From Lama guanicoe (lineage: Eukaryota): a DNA stretch of 64,000 bases. The notes beneath the pieces were generated by a model. It was not told the origin of the DNA and did not search any database. It was given only the letters and a program-made list of their open reading frames with translations. The DNA is taken from positions 1,463,168 to 1,527,167 of the forward strand of contig MU053482.1 in NCBI GenBank assembly GCA_013239625.1. Direction: 5' to 3'. The position numbers and the translations under genes are program-made. Of this stretch, positions 1 through 12,889 are shown piece after piece (positions within the stretch are counted from its first letter, which is position 1; each line of letters starts with the position of its first letter).

Positions 1-529
1 CTTTGACCTCAGACTTCTATCTACTGATCCTACCTAACTGCCAAAAGCCCCAACTGTATCTTTTTGCTCAGTCACTATTCCTTATGATATCATCTGGCAA
101 ATATATTTATTTATGAGGATCAAGGAAAACTTTGCTGAAGAAATGACATTTAAACTGAGACATAAAGGTAAAAAGGAGTTAACTGGTCATTCAGAGCTGG
201 AGATGCAGTTGTAGAAACTTTTGTGGGTGGATGAAAGTGATGTGGGAGGTTGAACTAATTATCCTTGGCTCAAAGTACAGTGTCTGCTACAGGGCAAGTA
301 TTCAACAAATAACTGCTGGTTAAACATTAACTCTAATTCAATAAATACTTATTTAGAGCCTCCTTTTTTCCTAGCAGTAGGTTATGAACTGAATAAGTCA
401 TGTGCTTTTCTTTCAGGAAGTTCACAAAAATCAAAGAAATGTTTCTTGAAAATACAATGGTCTCCATTCAAGTGGTATGAATGAAGTACTAGTTGCCATG
501 TTTTTTTTAATCTTTAAAACAATTTTAGA

Positions 530-1410
530 TGTTTTTATTTTTTAATAAAAATTGTGTATATTTAGACTGGGATTTCAAAATTGTAGAATAGATAAACAAG
601 ACTATACTGTATAGCACAGGGAAATAAATACAAGATCTTATGGTAGCTCACAGAGAAAGGAATGTGACAATGAATATATATATGTTCATGTATAATTGAA
701 AAATTGTGCTCTACACTGGAACTTGACACAACATTGTAAAATGATTATAAACATTTTTAATTGAAAAAATGTTTTAAAAATTGTGTATATTTAATGTGCT
801 CAACATGATGTTTTGACATAGATACACATAGTGAAGTGATTAATATAATCAAGCTAATTAACATACCCATCTCCTCACATCTAATCTTTTTTTAGGTGTG
901 GTAAGAGTAACTAAAGTTTATTCTCTTAGCAAATTTCCAGGATAAAATACAGTATTATTAATGATAGTTATAATGCTGTATATTAGATCACTAGAACTTA
1001 TTTATCCAACACAACTGCAACTTCATATCCTTTGACTAACCTCTCCCCATTTATCCCTCCTCCCCCCATTTCCCCCACCTCCCCTACCCTGGTAACCACC
1101 ATTCTATTCTCTGCTTCTATGAATTTGACTGTCTTAGATTTCATACGTAAGTGAGACCATGCAGTATTTTTTTTTCTGTGTCTGGCTTATTTTATTTAGC
1201 ACAGTGTCTCCAAGTATATCCATGTTGTTGTAAATGGCAAGATTTCCTTCTTTTTTATGGCTGAATAATATTTTGTTGTATACATATACATATACCACAT
1301 CTATGGACATAATTATGTGGTGTTCTCATTCTGTTAATGTGTTGTATCACATTGATTGATTTTCATATATTAAACCAACCTTGCATCCCAGGCATAAATC
1401 CCATTGATTC
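530..1410 (-). mobile_element. Older L1 (L1MA-like) 3' end plus a short ORF2 fragment
   Basis: Antisense L1 3'UTR and ORF2-end text, e.g. gtgagaccatgcagtattt...ggctgaataata. Confidence 0.7.
565..774 (+). mobile_element. Young 5'-truncated L1 3' end nested in an older L1
   Basis: Same 3'UTR family as 17040-17247. 19-bp TSD taaaaattgtgtatattta at 546-564 and 775-793. Confidence 0.85.
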
Positions 1411-1964
1411 AAAAATTTGAGATTTAATATAATTAAAGAAGTAAAATGTTTAGATAATTTATATGAGAAGATAGAGACTTTCATATTTAGAAGGGACATT
1501 TGTGAAAATGGAATGGTGGAGATTGTGAAATATTTGATCAGAGAACCTCTAGCCAAATTTTAATTCAGTGTTGAACAAATAATGAGGACTGGTGACCCAA
1601 TAGGCTGTGACACCACCAATAATCATGGAACTGTGACCAGTTGCAAGCCCTTTGGGAGCTCTCTTCATCTTTATTCATTTACACACATCTCCCTATCTGG
1701 TATCTTTGAAATTCTCTTTCTTTGCTATGGTTTCTCCTAATATGTTTTACTTTCATTCCAGAATCTTCTTTCATTTCACTCATCAACCTTTTACAGTACA
1801 TGCTCTGCTTCTCCATTTTAACTAAACCTAGTTGTCTAAGAAGGGCACATCTGCTTCTCAGCTCTATTAAAGAGAATTTGCTTACTCCTCTATTGTACAG
1901 ACACCTGCACACAATGTTGACATTTTCTTAGCTCCTTACTATATTTGTAAATCATTTATTGGCA

Positions 1965-3719
1965 ATTGTTTTTTCTTTTAGTATATACAAAGACAACTGA
2001 TTTTTGTATGTTGATTTTGTATCTTGAAACATTACTAAATTAATTTATTAGTTTTAATAGTTTTTTGTGGAATAATTTCTTCATATAAGATCATGTCATC
2101 TGAAAACAGAGAAAATTGTACATTTCCCTTTTCAATTTGGATGCCTTTCATTTTTTTTTTAATCTTGTCTAGTTTCTCTTGGGAGGACTTCCAGGACTAT
2201 GCTGAATGGAAGCAGCATGAATAGGCATCCTTGACTGGTTCCTGATCTATAGGAAAAGCTTTCAGCTTTTCACCACTGAGTCTGATTTTAGCTGTGGGCT
2301 TTTTTTTTTTAACATTTTTTACTGATTTATAGTCATTTTACAATGTTGTGTCAAATTCCAGTGTTCAGCACAATTTTTCAGTCATACATGGACATATACA
2401 CACTCATTGTCACATTTTTTTCTCTGTGAGCTACCATAACATTTTGTGTATATTTCCCTGTGCTATACAGTATAATCTTGTTTATCTATTCTACAATTTT
2501 GAAATCCCAGTCTATCCCTTCCCACCCTCCGCCCCCCGGCAACCACAAGTCTGTATTCTCTGTCTATGAGTCTATTTCTGTCCTGTATTTACGCTTTGTT
2601 TTTGTTTGTTTGTTTGTTTTTGTTTTTGTTTGTTTAGATTCCACATATGAGTGATCTCATATGGTATTTTTCTTTCTCTTTCTGGCTTACTTCACTTAGA
2701 ATGACATTTTCCAGGAGCACCCATGTTGCTGCAAATGGCATTATGTTGTCGGTTTTTATGGCTGAATAGTATTCCATTGTGTGAATATACCACATCTTCT
2801 TTATCCAGTCACCTGTTGATGGACATTTAGGCTGTTTCCATGTTTTGGCTATTGTAAATATTGCTGCTATGAACATTGGGGTGCAGGTGTCATCCTGAAG
2901 TAGATTTCCTTCTGGATACAAGCCCAGGAGTGGAATTCCTGGGTCATATGGTAAGTCTATTCCTAGTCTTTTGAGGAATCTCCACACTGTTTTCCATAGT
3001 GGCTGCACCAAACTGCATTCCCACCAGCAGTGTAGGAAGCTGTGGGCTTGTAATATGTAATCTTTATCATGTTGAGGTACATTGCTTCTATACATAGTTT
3101 GTTGAGAGTTTTATATCATAAAAGAATGTTGAACTTGTTTAGAGTTTTATATCATGAAAGAATTTGTCAAATGCGTATTCTGCATCTATTGAGATGATCG
3201 TATGATTTTTATTCTGCATTCTGTTAGTGTAGTGTATTACATTATCAATCAATAAAATAAAAAGGGAACCTATAGAGTGGGAGAAATACTTGTCAACTAT
3301 ATATCTGATAAGGGGTTAATATCCAAATATATAAGGAACTCATAAGTCAATAGAAAAAACACAAATAAATTGATTAACAAGTGATTAAAGGAACTGAATA
3401 GACATTTCTCCAAAGAAGGCATACAAATAGCCAATATGTTTATGAAAATGTGCTCAACATCATTAATCATCGGGGAAGTGCAACTTAAAACCATGAGATA
3501 TCACCTCACTCCTATTAGAATGGCTATTATCAAAAAGCTAAGAAATAACAAGTATTAGAGAGATATGGAGAAAAGGGAACTCTTGTGGGAATGTAAATTT
3601 GTGCAGCCACAATGGAAGACAGTAAAGAGGTTTCTCAAAAAAATGAAAAAAACACAACTACCATATGAATTGGCAATCTCACTTCTGGGTGTGTGTGTGT
3701 GTATGTATGTATGTGTGTC

Positions 3720-3751
<32 letters not shown>

Positions 3752-4360
3752 TCTGAAGGAAATGAAATTAATATCTCAAAGAGATAATTGCACATTGCAG
3801 CATTATTCACAATAGCCAAGATATGTAAACAGCTTGTGTTCACTGATGAATAAACAGATAAGGAAATTCAGATATACATGCAATGGAATATTATTCAGCC
3901 TAAAAAAGGGAAATTCTACCATTTGTAATAATGTGGATGAATTTGGAAGACATTATACTAAGTGCAATAAGTCAGAGGCAGACAAATATTGCATGATATC
4001 CATATGGAATTTTAAAAAGTTGAATTTAACGAAACAGAGTGAACATGGTTGCCAAGGATTAAGGGGTGGGGGAAATGTGATAATATTTGTTATATCTGAA
4101 GGAAGTAAAACTAATATGTTGAAGAGATAACTGTTCCCCCATGTTCATGGTAACTATTGGTTAATAATGTATTGTAAACTTGAAATTTGCTAAGAGAGTA
4201 GATCTTGAAAGTTTTCAGCACCAGAAAAAAAATTGTGACTATGTGTGGTGATGGATATTAACTAGACTTATTGTGGTGATTATTTTGCAATATAAGTTTA
4301 TATTTAGTCACTATGTTATACAGCTGATACTAATGTTATATGTCAATTATTAATAAAAGA
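1965..4360. mobile_element. Old L1 with an orientation switch (minus about 1965-3245, plus about 3245-4360)
   Basis: Antisense ORF2 RT-region sequence, then sense ORF2 C-terminus and 3'UTR ending in aataaa near 4352. Contains a (TG)n(TA)n tract at 3689-3752. Confidence 0.7.
2302..3037 (-). mobile_element. Young 5'-truncated L1 (ORF2 C-terminus plus 3'UTR)
   Basis: Open ORF2 C-terminus (CWWEC..LPYDP..TCTPMFIAA..TWKQPKCPS), poly(T) at 2300-2310, 12-bp TSD agctgtgggctt at 2290-2301 and 3038-3049. Confidence 0.9.
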
Positions 4361-4384
4361 TGACTACGTTAACAGAAAGAACTC

Positions 4385-5745
4385 ACACTATCTAACTTTA
4401 CACCTCTAGAAATAGAAAAAAAAAGAATAAACTAAGCCCAAAGTTAGAAGAAGGAAGGAAATAACAAACAGCAGAAATAAATGAAATGGAGACTGGAAAA
4501 ACAATAGAAAAAAATAAAAGAAACTAAGAGCTGGACCAATGAAAAGATATACAAAATTGATAAAAATTAATTAGAGTAACTCAGGAGAAAAGAGAGAGAG
4601 GACGCAAATAAAATCAGAAATGAAAGAGAAGACATTACAACTAATACCACAGATATGCACTGGATTATGAGACTACTATGAATAACTATATGCCAACAAA
4701 CTGGACAACCTAGAAGAAAAAGATAAATTCCTAGAAACATACAACCTAACAAGTCTGAACATGAAGAAACAGAAAATCTGAACACCAATAACAAATAAGG
4801 AGCAGTATTCAAACACCTCCCAATAAACAAAAACAAGGACCAGATGATTTCACTGATGAATTCTACCAAACACTTAAACAAAATTACTCCCAATCCTTCT
4901 CAAACGGTTTCAAAAACTGAAAAGGAGAGAATACTCCCAGGCCCGTTTTACAAGGCCTACCGTTACCCTGATGCAAGGACTGCCCTGAAGATAAGGACAC
5001 TACGGAAAAGAAAATTACAAGCCAATTCCCTTATGAACAGGGAAGCAAAAATTCTCAATAAAATACTATCAAACATAATTCAACAGCACATTGAACACTG
5101 GAATTTGACACAACACTGTAAAATGATTATGAATCAATAAAAAATGAAAAAAAAATAATTCAACAGCACATTAAAATAAGCATATACCATGAAAAAAAGA
5201 TTTTATCCCTGGGATGTAAGGATGTTTCAACATACGAAAATTATAAATGTGATACATAACATTAGGAGAATGAAAGATTAAAATCTGATGGTCATTTCAA
5301 CAGATACAGAGGAAGCATCTACAAAATTCAACGTAGTTTCATAATAAAAGCTCTCAACAAACTGGGTATGGAAGGAATGTACCAAAACATCATAGAGGCC
5401 ATACATAAAAAGGCCACAGCTAAAATCATACTCCAGTGAAAGACTGAAAGCTTTTATTCCAAGAATGGGAACAAGACAAGAATGCTCACTCTCACTACTC
5501 CTTTTCAACATAGTCTTGGAAGTCCTAGCCAGAGAAATTAGATGAGACAAAAAAAACTAAAAGTATCTAAATCAGAATGGAAGAAGCAGAATTCTGTTTT
5601 CAGATAACATGATTTTACACATAAAAAATCCTAAAAATCCATCAAAAAATTGTTAGAACAAACAAATTCAGTGGGTTTGCAAGGTACAAAATCAACACAT
5701 AAAACCCAGTTCTGTTTCTCTAAATTAACAATGAACTATCATGAA
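4385..5745 (+). mobile_element. Degenerate L1 ORF2 fragment (Z/RT region)
   Basis: Recognisable ORF2 text ([22 protein letters not shown]) with frameshifts. Confidence 0.8.
5093..5154 (+). mobile_element. 62-bp extreme 3' tip of a young L1
   Basis: Matches 17190-17247. 18-bp TSD ataattcaacagcacatt at 5075-5092 and 5155-5172. Confidence 0.85.
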
Positions 5746-5999
5746 AAAACTGTGGTCTGAAATATACTGAATTTTGGTTTGTTTACTGTATGCATGCATG
5801 TGTATATACATACACACATGTACTCATACACATATATTTAAAAATATTTTAGAACTGTATCCTGTTTGTAGTAGAAAAATGGTGATGCCAGGGCATAACA
5901 GGTAATTACATAATACTTTAATTGTTTTATATACAAAATCATGATTTTACTGGAAGTACTTCACTTTTTCTACTTTTATTTATCAGCAATATGTAATTT

Positions 6000-6510
6000 T
6001 CAAGTGTTCAGGGTTATTTTATTTACCATCTCAGGGATGGACCCTTTTGCACTGTCCAGTACCTTCCTCAGAGCTATTTGCATTTCTTTGTTTCTTAGAC
6101 TATAAATGATGAGATCAAGCAGGTGTCAGTACTGTATAGGTCACAGCCATCACCATATCTTCAGGAAATAAGTCACTGTCCATGGGCCTCAAATAAACAA
6201 AGTCAGCTAATCGGTAGTGTATGCACACCACAGTGAGGTGGGAGGACCAAGCTGAGAAGGCCTTGTATCTTTGGCAGAAGGCATCCTCACAACTATGGCT
6301 CCAATAAAGACATAGGAAATCATAATGAAAATAAAGTTGCCAACAAACACAAAGGCAGAAAGCACAAAAATAGTCATTTCATAATGGGAAGTATAATCAC
6401 AAGCCATGCTGACCAGAGAAAAGATGTTGCGGAAGTGCTGGATGGTGTTGGAGTCACAGAAAGACAATTTGAATACAGTGATGACACTGCACAGAGAAAC
6501 CTGAAACCCA
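6000..6510 (-). pseudogene. 5'-truncated, frameshifted OR10-family pseudogene, paralog of 31117-32082
   Basis: Aligns to 31117-31635, with its stop at 6000-6002 and 3' flank 5750-6000 matching 30920-31116. Has an about 4-bp deletion near 6270, a 2-bp deletion near 6120 and a 3-bp deletion in the HFFCD region. Homology stops at about 6510. Confidence 0.9.
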
Positions 6511-7389
6511 TGGTGTATGATCTTTTCAGAGCAAAGAGTACACATTTTAGCACTCAGTCCTGATTTTAAACCTGGATTTAATTTAACCAGTTGAGCTCAT
6601 TTGGACAAGTATTTATAAACTAAACCTCAGTTCTCTCTTCTGTAAAATTAGGAGGATGGGAATGCTTAAATTAGCTCACCAAATTATTGTGAGGATTAAA
6701 TGAGAAGCGAAATGCAATGCTTTGCAAAGAGTAAAGTCTGAAGGAAATTTGGTTAGGGGTATATCCATCAAAGGGCACATCAGCAGGGTGAGAGAAGACT
6801 TTCTAAAATTAGGATTAGCAAGCAAATCAGACTTAGTATTCAGGCTAAAAACAGCTGTTTCTGCCATTGTCCAACTAGTCAAATAAATCACTAACCAGTA
6901 GTCTTCCCATTGAGGTTTGTAGACTAAGTCTGATCTAGAAATCATTCAAACCTCTTTTCACTTGATAGTTCTCTATTTACAACTTTAAGGATACTCTTTT
7001 CTATAGCTTTTGTTAGAAAAATATATATACATGTCTCAAATAACTGTGTTATTTAAAATTCAGTGCTGAATGGCATTGTATCCCATGTTCCCCAAGGCAC
7101 CTGATGGAGTGACTTAAATATATAAGTTTAAAACACATAATACAAATACACACTGAATGAATGAAGCTAAGGTTACCAGTTTATGTATGATGTTTAGTAT
7201 TCCTTAACCTAAAATAGCAAAATAAACTTAGAATCAATATTCAACTAAAATATATTTTTATACTTTCAGTAACTATCAATTAAAATTGTACCAAAATATA
7301 AAGAAAAATTGATTACTTCAGTTTTGACAGAACCCTTAAAGACTAGTTGTTTTTGTTTGAAGCCAACGGCTCAGTATTCACTTGAGAAT

Positions 7390-7557
7390 GTGATAATGAC
7401 CCCTGGTGCTTTTGAATTCACATCTGAATCTCTAAAATCTTTAGAGATTTATCCCCAAAGGCAAATAATAATAAAAGATGACATGGCAGCTACATAACAA
7501 CAATGGCTTTGAATTTATTCCCATAAGATGAATAAATTCTTATTTCAAGAGGTAAGA
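7390..7557 (+). promoter_or_regulatory. Putative promoter and first non-coding exon of OR5P copy 1
   Basis: TAATGA homeodomain motif at 7394-7399, O/E-like TCCCCAAAGG at 7452-7461, donor AG|GTAAGA at 7552. Block is conserved upstream of all three paralogs. Confidence 0.6.
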
Positions 7558-8544
7558 TTTTGGCTTTGTGAATTAATCTGTTGTGCTGCTTTCATTTACC
7601 ATTTGAGAATATATTACTCTAAAGTTACATCTGTACTCACAAGCTAGGGCAGATGCAATCCAGCAGTCAGTTAGCAAGTAACCTTAGCTGAGTTAACCTA
7701 AGTTTCTACAGTCTACTTAGTGTGTATAAACAGGCATAATTCAAGGTGCTAGGATTCCTCATTTGTCTACCCATAAGATCAGGAACTTAGGTATTAGGTA
7801 GTCTTTTAACACTATCTACACTTGGCATTTGGTTGTAATACTAATAGATTCCCTAGTTTTGAGATGCTTTGGAGACTCACAGTTTATAAATATCTGGTGG
7901 AAAGATTTCCATTGTTTCTTGTTCTAAAGGCTTTAATTTACAGACAACCAGAGCCTTTGGACAAAGTCAAGAAAATGAAGCAAGAAAACTTGGAGGTGAG
8001 TCACTCACTGGGTGACTCACTGGCCACTCACTGGGTGAACCTGAGTAAATTTCTTAACTCTCAAGCTGGAGCTGTATTCAGCTGTATATTATGTTAAGAC
8101 TAACATAATTTGTGCTGTAATACTCCAAATAGAATACAATGTTATGTTAGGAAATGATTTGTTTGAATAAGTGTCTTAAATTATGTCCTAGATATTAAAT
8201 ATGTAATTTTTGCATAGTGATTAGGCTAATATTTCAAACTACTTAATGAAATAATATTTGACTTTTAAATATTATAAATATATAATAAATTTACAATAGG
8301 TGACTATTCCCTTTTATTTGAAATTCCTATTTCTTCTTTTTATTAAGAACATTGTATTTCTCCATTTATAAACATAGTCTTGATTTACTGATAGAAACTG
8401 TAAACTTTGTGATTAACTAGGCACCTCTTTTATACATTAGCTGTCAGTAAGTAGAAAGGTAATTTGTTATCCACCTACTTCCAAGAGATTAGACTTTATC
8501 TTAGTATTGCTTAATTTCATTCACAGTATAGTTACTAAAGGGAA

Positions 8545-8760
8545 GGACTATATTCAGACTGCCTAGGATTCACATCTCGAGTCCACAACTTGCTGCATAA
8601 ACTTAGGTAAGTCACTTAACATTGTCAAAATCAGTTTCTTCTTCCATAAATAAAAGTACTTAATATTATTTCATGGAAATTCAAAATAGAACTAAGTATA
8701 TAAAACTCTTAATATTGTGCCTATCATTTAGTAAGCATTTAGTAAATACTAGCTATTACT
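8545..8760 (+). mobile_element. MIR SINE, with paralogous copies at about 22050-22350 and 44060-44345
   Basis: MIR core-like ggtaagtcacttaac...cagtttcttcttccataaa...gtaagcatttagtaaatactagctatt. Confidence 0.6.
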
Positions 8761-9040
8761 TGAGTTCCCATATTATAATCTTATATTAATTCATTTTAGT
8801 CTATTTTGTTATACTTATCATTCCTTTTTGCTATTCACATGCCTTAATTTTCGTAACTCTTTAGCTTTAAAGTCACTTTAAGTATATTTTATTAATATAT
8901 AACATAAAGACAAAATCTACATTATTTGAAGGTTTTCTAGTGTTTTTGCTAAAACAATTTTTAATATAAAGAAGACATTACATATACACATAAAATCTAG
9001 AATATAAAGTAAAAAAAGTCTAAACTTAGTTTGAATAATT

Positions 9041-9124
9041 TATTTGTTTATAATAACCTCCTTATGTATTAATGAAAATGGATATTTGTTTATAATAACC
9101 TCCTTATATATTAATGAAAATGGA
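9041..9124. repeat. 42-bp tandem duplication (2 copies, 1 mismatch)
   Basis: tatttgtttataataacctccttat[g/a]tattaatgaaaatgga at 9041-9082 and 9083-9124. Confidence 0.9.
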
Positions 9125-9196
9125 AACATTGAATTTATAACATCTGTAATGTAGCGTTTTACCATAGGTTCATTTTGGTAGCAGCTGCATAATCTC

Positions 9197-10141
9197 ATGG
9201 ATTCCCTAGGAGATGGGAACCACACTGCAGTGACAGAGTTCATTTTACTGGGCTTAACAAATGACCCAGTCCTTCGAATCATCCTCTTCATGATCATCCT
9301 ATGTATCTACCTGGTGACCATATCTGGCAATCTCAGCACAATCATTCTTATCAGAATCTCTTCTCAGCTCCACCATCCCATGTACTTTTTCCTGAGCCAC
9401 TTGGCCTTTGCTGACATGGGTTCTTCATCTTCCGTCTCACCCAATATGCTTATAAACTTCCTGGTGGAGACAAATACCATCTCCTATCATGGATGTGCCA
9501 TGCAGCTTAGTTCAGCTGGTTTCTTTGGGACAGCTGAGTGCTTCATTCTGGCTGCCATGGCATATGATCGCTTCGTGGCAATCTGCAACCCACTGCTTTA
9601 TTCCACCAAAATGTCCACACAAGTCTGTGTTCAGTTACTTACAGTGGCTTATATTGGTGGTTTTCTCAATGCTTCCTCCTTTACTATTTCCTTCTATTTT
9701 TTACTCTTCTGTGGACCAAATCGAGTCAATCATTTTTTCTGTGATTTTGCTCCTTTGGTTGAACTCTCCTGTTCTGACATCAGTATCCCCACAACTATCC
9801 CCTCATTTACGGCTGGCTCCATCATTGTGGTCACAGTGACTATCATAGCCATCTCCTACATCTACATCCTCATCACCATCCTGAAGATGCGCTCCACTGA
9901 GGGGCGCCACAAGGCCTTCTCCACCTGCACGTCCCACCTCACAGCGGTCACTCTGTTCTTTGGCACCATCACATTCATTTATGTGATGCCCAAGTCCAGC
10001 TACTCAACTGACCAGAACAAGGTGGTGTCTGTGTTCTACATGGTGGTGATCCCCATGCTTAACCCCCTTATCTACAGTCTCAGAAACAATGAGATTAAGA
10101 GGGCTCTGAAGAGAGAGCTTGGCAGAAAAATAATTTCTTAG
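9197..10141 (+). CDS. OR5P2-like: Olfactory receptor, family 5 subfamily P (OR5P2-like), copy 1; 314 aa, single coding exon
   Basis: Intact ORF with OR motifs: N-terminal [57 protein letters not shown]. Resembles human OR5P2 from memory. Splice acceptor ccatag| at 9167, 29 nt before the ATG. Confidence 0.95.
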   Translation: MDSLGDGNHTAVTEFILLGLTNDPVLRIILFMIILCIYLVTISGNLSTIILIRISSQLHHPMYFFLSHLAFADMGSSSSVSPNMLINFLVETNTISYHGCAMQLSSAGFFGTAECFILAAMAYDRFVAICNPLLYSTKMSTQVCVQLLTVAYIGGFLNASSFTISFYFLLFCGPNRVNHFFCDFAPLVELSCSDISIPTTIPSFTAGSIIVVTVTIIAISYIYILITILKMRSTEGRHKAFSTCTSHLTAVTLFFGTITFIYVMPKSSYSTDQNKVVSVFYMVVIPMLNPLIYSLRNNEIKRALKRELGRKIIS

Positions 10142-11265
10142 TGAAGACCGATATTTTGTAGGAAACAATATAATAAAATACCATAAGTAATAAAAGGAAA
10201 CTGAGTGCCTGTGGTCTAAATATATTGTTCTGTAAGTAATAAGCTAATGTAGAGTTTTTTTGTAATGAGGGTGGATTTTCTGACATCAAATTGTAAATCA
10301 GAGGTCAATAGTGAGTTATCTTAAATATAGCAAAATTGAAGTTATCATTATAAACACAAATTTGTTCATGTGAAAAAATACTTGATTTGCTGAAAATTCT
10401 TTCAAAATTGTATTCATACCTTTTAAAAAGTTGTTCTCTGCTGTAGAGCAGGGGTTTTGTACATCCAAACCTTTAAGATGTGTCCATTTTCAACAGCAGT
10501 TTATCCTGAAATAAGCATGATAATTATAGTTATGATTGAGGACATTCAGAGGGGAGATAACCAAGTAGAACCAGATAGTAAAATTTCTGGAGACATTCTT
10601 CTTGCAGAAAGGTTATCTGCTGCTATGGGCTTTGTAGACTCAGATTCTGGGCTGTGTTCCTGATCTCTGGCATCAGCTATTTATAGAGGACCCATTAAAG
10701 AACAGGATGAGATGCCCCTGACCAAACCAACTGTGAGTTCTTCTATCAGGTCAAAACAGCTGACTTCTCTGTGGAAATAAACAGTGTTTCTAAATCACTA
10801 GGGGGTGAATAAACAAGTTCTTTAAGTGACTTGTTCATGGTCAGATGCACATCTTGTTAAGAAAGTTTGAGGGAACTAGATTGTGTCTCCCCTGTGAAGT
10901 TTAATTTGTCTCTATATATTGATGACTACCATATTTGTATCTCTTTCCCTGTCCTCTATATAGTGTTCAGACAAAAATATTTTTATCTATTGAATCTCAA
11001 GTGGAAACTGTCTAAAATTAAGTTATCTTTCTACCACCAACTTGCTCTGCTCCAATGCTCCAAAAGGAGGCACCATCATTCAATCAATATATTGATTCAG
11101 AACCTGAGAGTAGTTTATTCCTTTTCTCCACTCCATGCACCTATATTCAATCATAAAGTCTTGTACATTCTGAATCCAAGATTTTTTTCCTATTTTTCTT
11201 CATTTTCATTGTCAGCAGGTCTATTTCCAGCAACCAATTTAACATTTATTTTACAATAGTAATCC

Positions 11266-11652
11266 TGTGAGAGCTAATTGTATGTGTCAACTTGGATAGG
11301 CTATGGTGACCAGTTGTTTGGTCAAAAACTTGTATAGCTATTGCTGTGAAGTTGTTTTATATATACTTAATCTTTATATCAGTAGATTGGGGTAAAGCAG
11401 ATTACCCTCCTTAATGTGGGTGTCCCTTGTTCAACGAGTTGAAAGCCTTAAGAGAAAAAAAACTTGAGGACTCTTGAAAAAGAGGGATTCTGTCTGCAGA
11501 ATGACTTTGGCCTGAAGACTATGACATAAACTCTTACTGGAATTTCCAGTCTGTTGGGCTGCATGTTGATTTTGGAACTGACAGTTCTCACAACTGTGTG
11601 AGCTAATTCCTTAAAGTAAATCTATCTGTCTGTCTGTCTGTCTATCTATCTA
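11266..11652 (+). mobile_element. ERVL LTR fragment (MLT2-like) ending in (TCTG/TCTA)n
   Basis: tgtga...tatgtgtcaacttgg...cagttgtttggtcaaa...gtaaagcagattaccctcc is typical MLT2 text. Confidence 0.7.
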
Positions 11653-12889
11653 TTAAAGGCAAAAATTCTTAACACGGCTTACAAAATCTTGAATGTGGCC
11701 CGTTTTTTCTTTCTCACTGCTCTTCCCTTGGCCTTCAAAAACCCAAACCTTAGAAAGCAATCATTTGGTCCTTTTTTTAAAAAATCCTTAGGCATGTCCA
11801 TATTCTTTGACACTTAGAGCCCTCTCACATGCAGGACTTCTACCTGAATGCATTTTCTCCCTCACCTGGGTAATACCTACTTATACTATAGGTAGTAACC
11901 TAAACACCATTTCCTATCCACTTGGAAGCATTCTTGAGCTTCCAGACCAAATTAAGTACACCTGTTACCCTCCACCATAGAACCCTGCATATTTTCTTCA
12001 GAATACCGAAGGTACTTGGAGTTACAGATTCAGTATTTGTTTTCTCCAAAATGCTGGAAGACCTTCAATGTCTTTCCCCTTCCCTCATGCATCTAATTTC
12101 CACACAATTCCTGGAACATAGCAAGCATAAATGCATACCTGAAAATGAATAAATAAAAAATAAAAATGAACAGAAGGCCGAATAAAGCATTTTCTCTGGC
12201 ATAAACCACTGACTCCATGGCTTTTTAATCTATTGAAAATCAGCTTGATCCAAGTGATTAAATGTTTGTGTCTGATCCTTCTACAACTTTAACAGGCTTT
12301 TACACAAACCCTTGCTCACCACAATCATGCCACTGCTTTGACACTCTTTAACTCATATTGGCAACCGGAATTCCAGCCTTGCTTAGTAAAAGTTCTGTAG
12401 TCACCCTCTGCTGAATAATGTCTTCCGTATGTCTTTGCATGGTTGGAGAGCTGTAACATGTAGGAGTCAAATGTTGCTAAGAGTACTAGGAGCAGTAGTA
12501 AGAATAGTAGCAAAGGAGCTAACAATATGAGCTTGTTTACTAGCTTCTAGGTCCTCTTCACAGTGATTTACTAGTAGTGACCCAATGAATCCTTGGAATA
12601 GCCATAAAAGTTTTCTTTTTAATATTTGTATTTTACAGAGGATGTAATTGAGGCACACAAAGGTTAAGCAAAAGCTCAAGGCCACAAATACCCTCTTAGT
12701 ACTCTGACTTTTTTTAAGGCACATTCCTTTTGCGGGATGGTTGTAAAATGAGGCGTTCTTTGAGAATACTTCATCACTAGAGGACTTTCATTTGTGGGTG
12801 ACACATGTCATTCTACTCAACTCTTTCTTTTCAAAGTAAGAATGCAGGCATCTACACCTGAATATGTCAGGCAAACTGGTATTAGGCCA

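Noticed and set aside
1965..4360. Clean twin-priming call for this orientation-switching L1
   Set aside because: The pieces are not contiguous in L1 coordinates and no TSD was found, so it may be two separate fragments.
9489..9839. Conserved 114-116 aa overlapping ORF in all three OR5P genes
   Set aside because: Alternative frame of near-identical CDSs, so its conservation is not independent evidence of coding.
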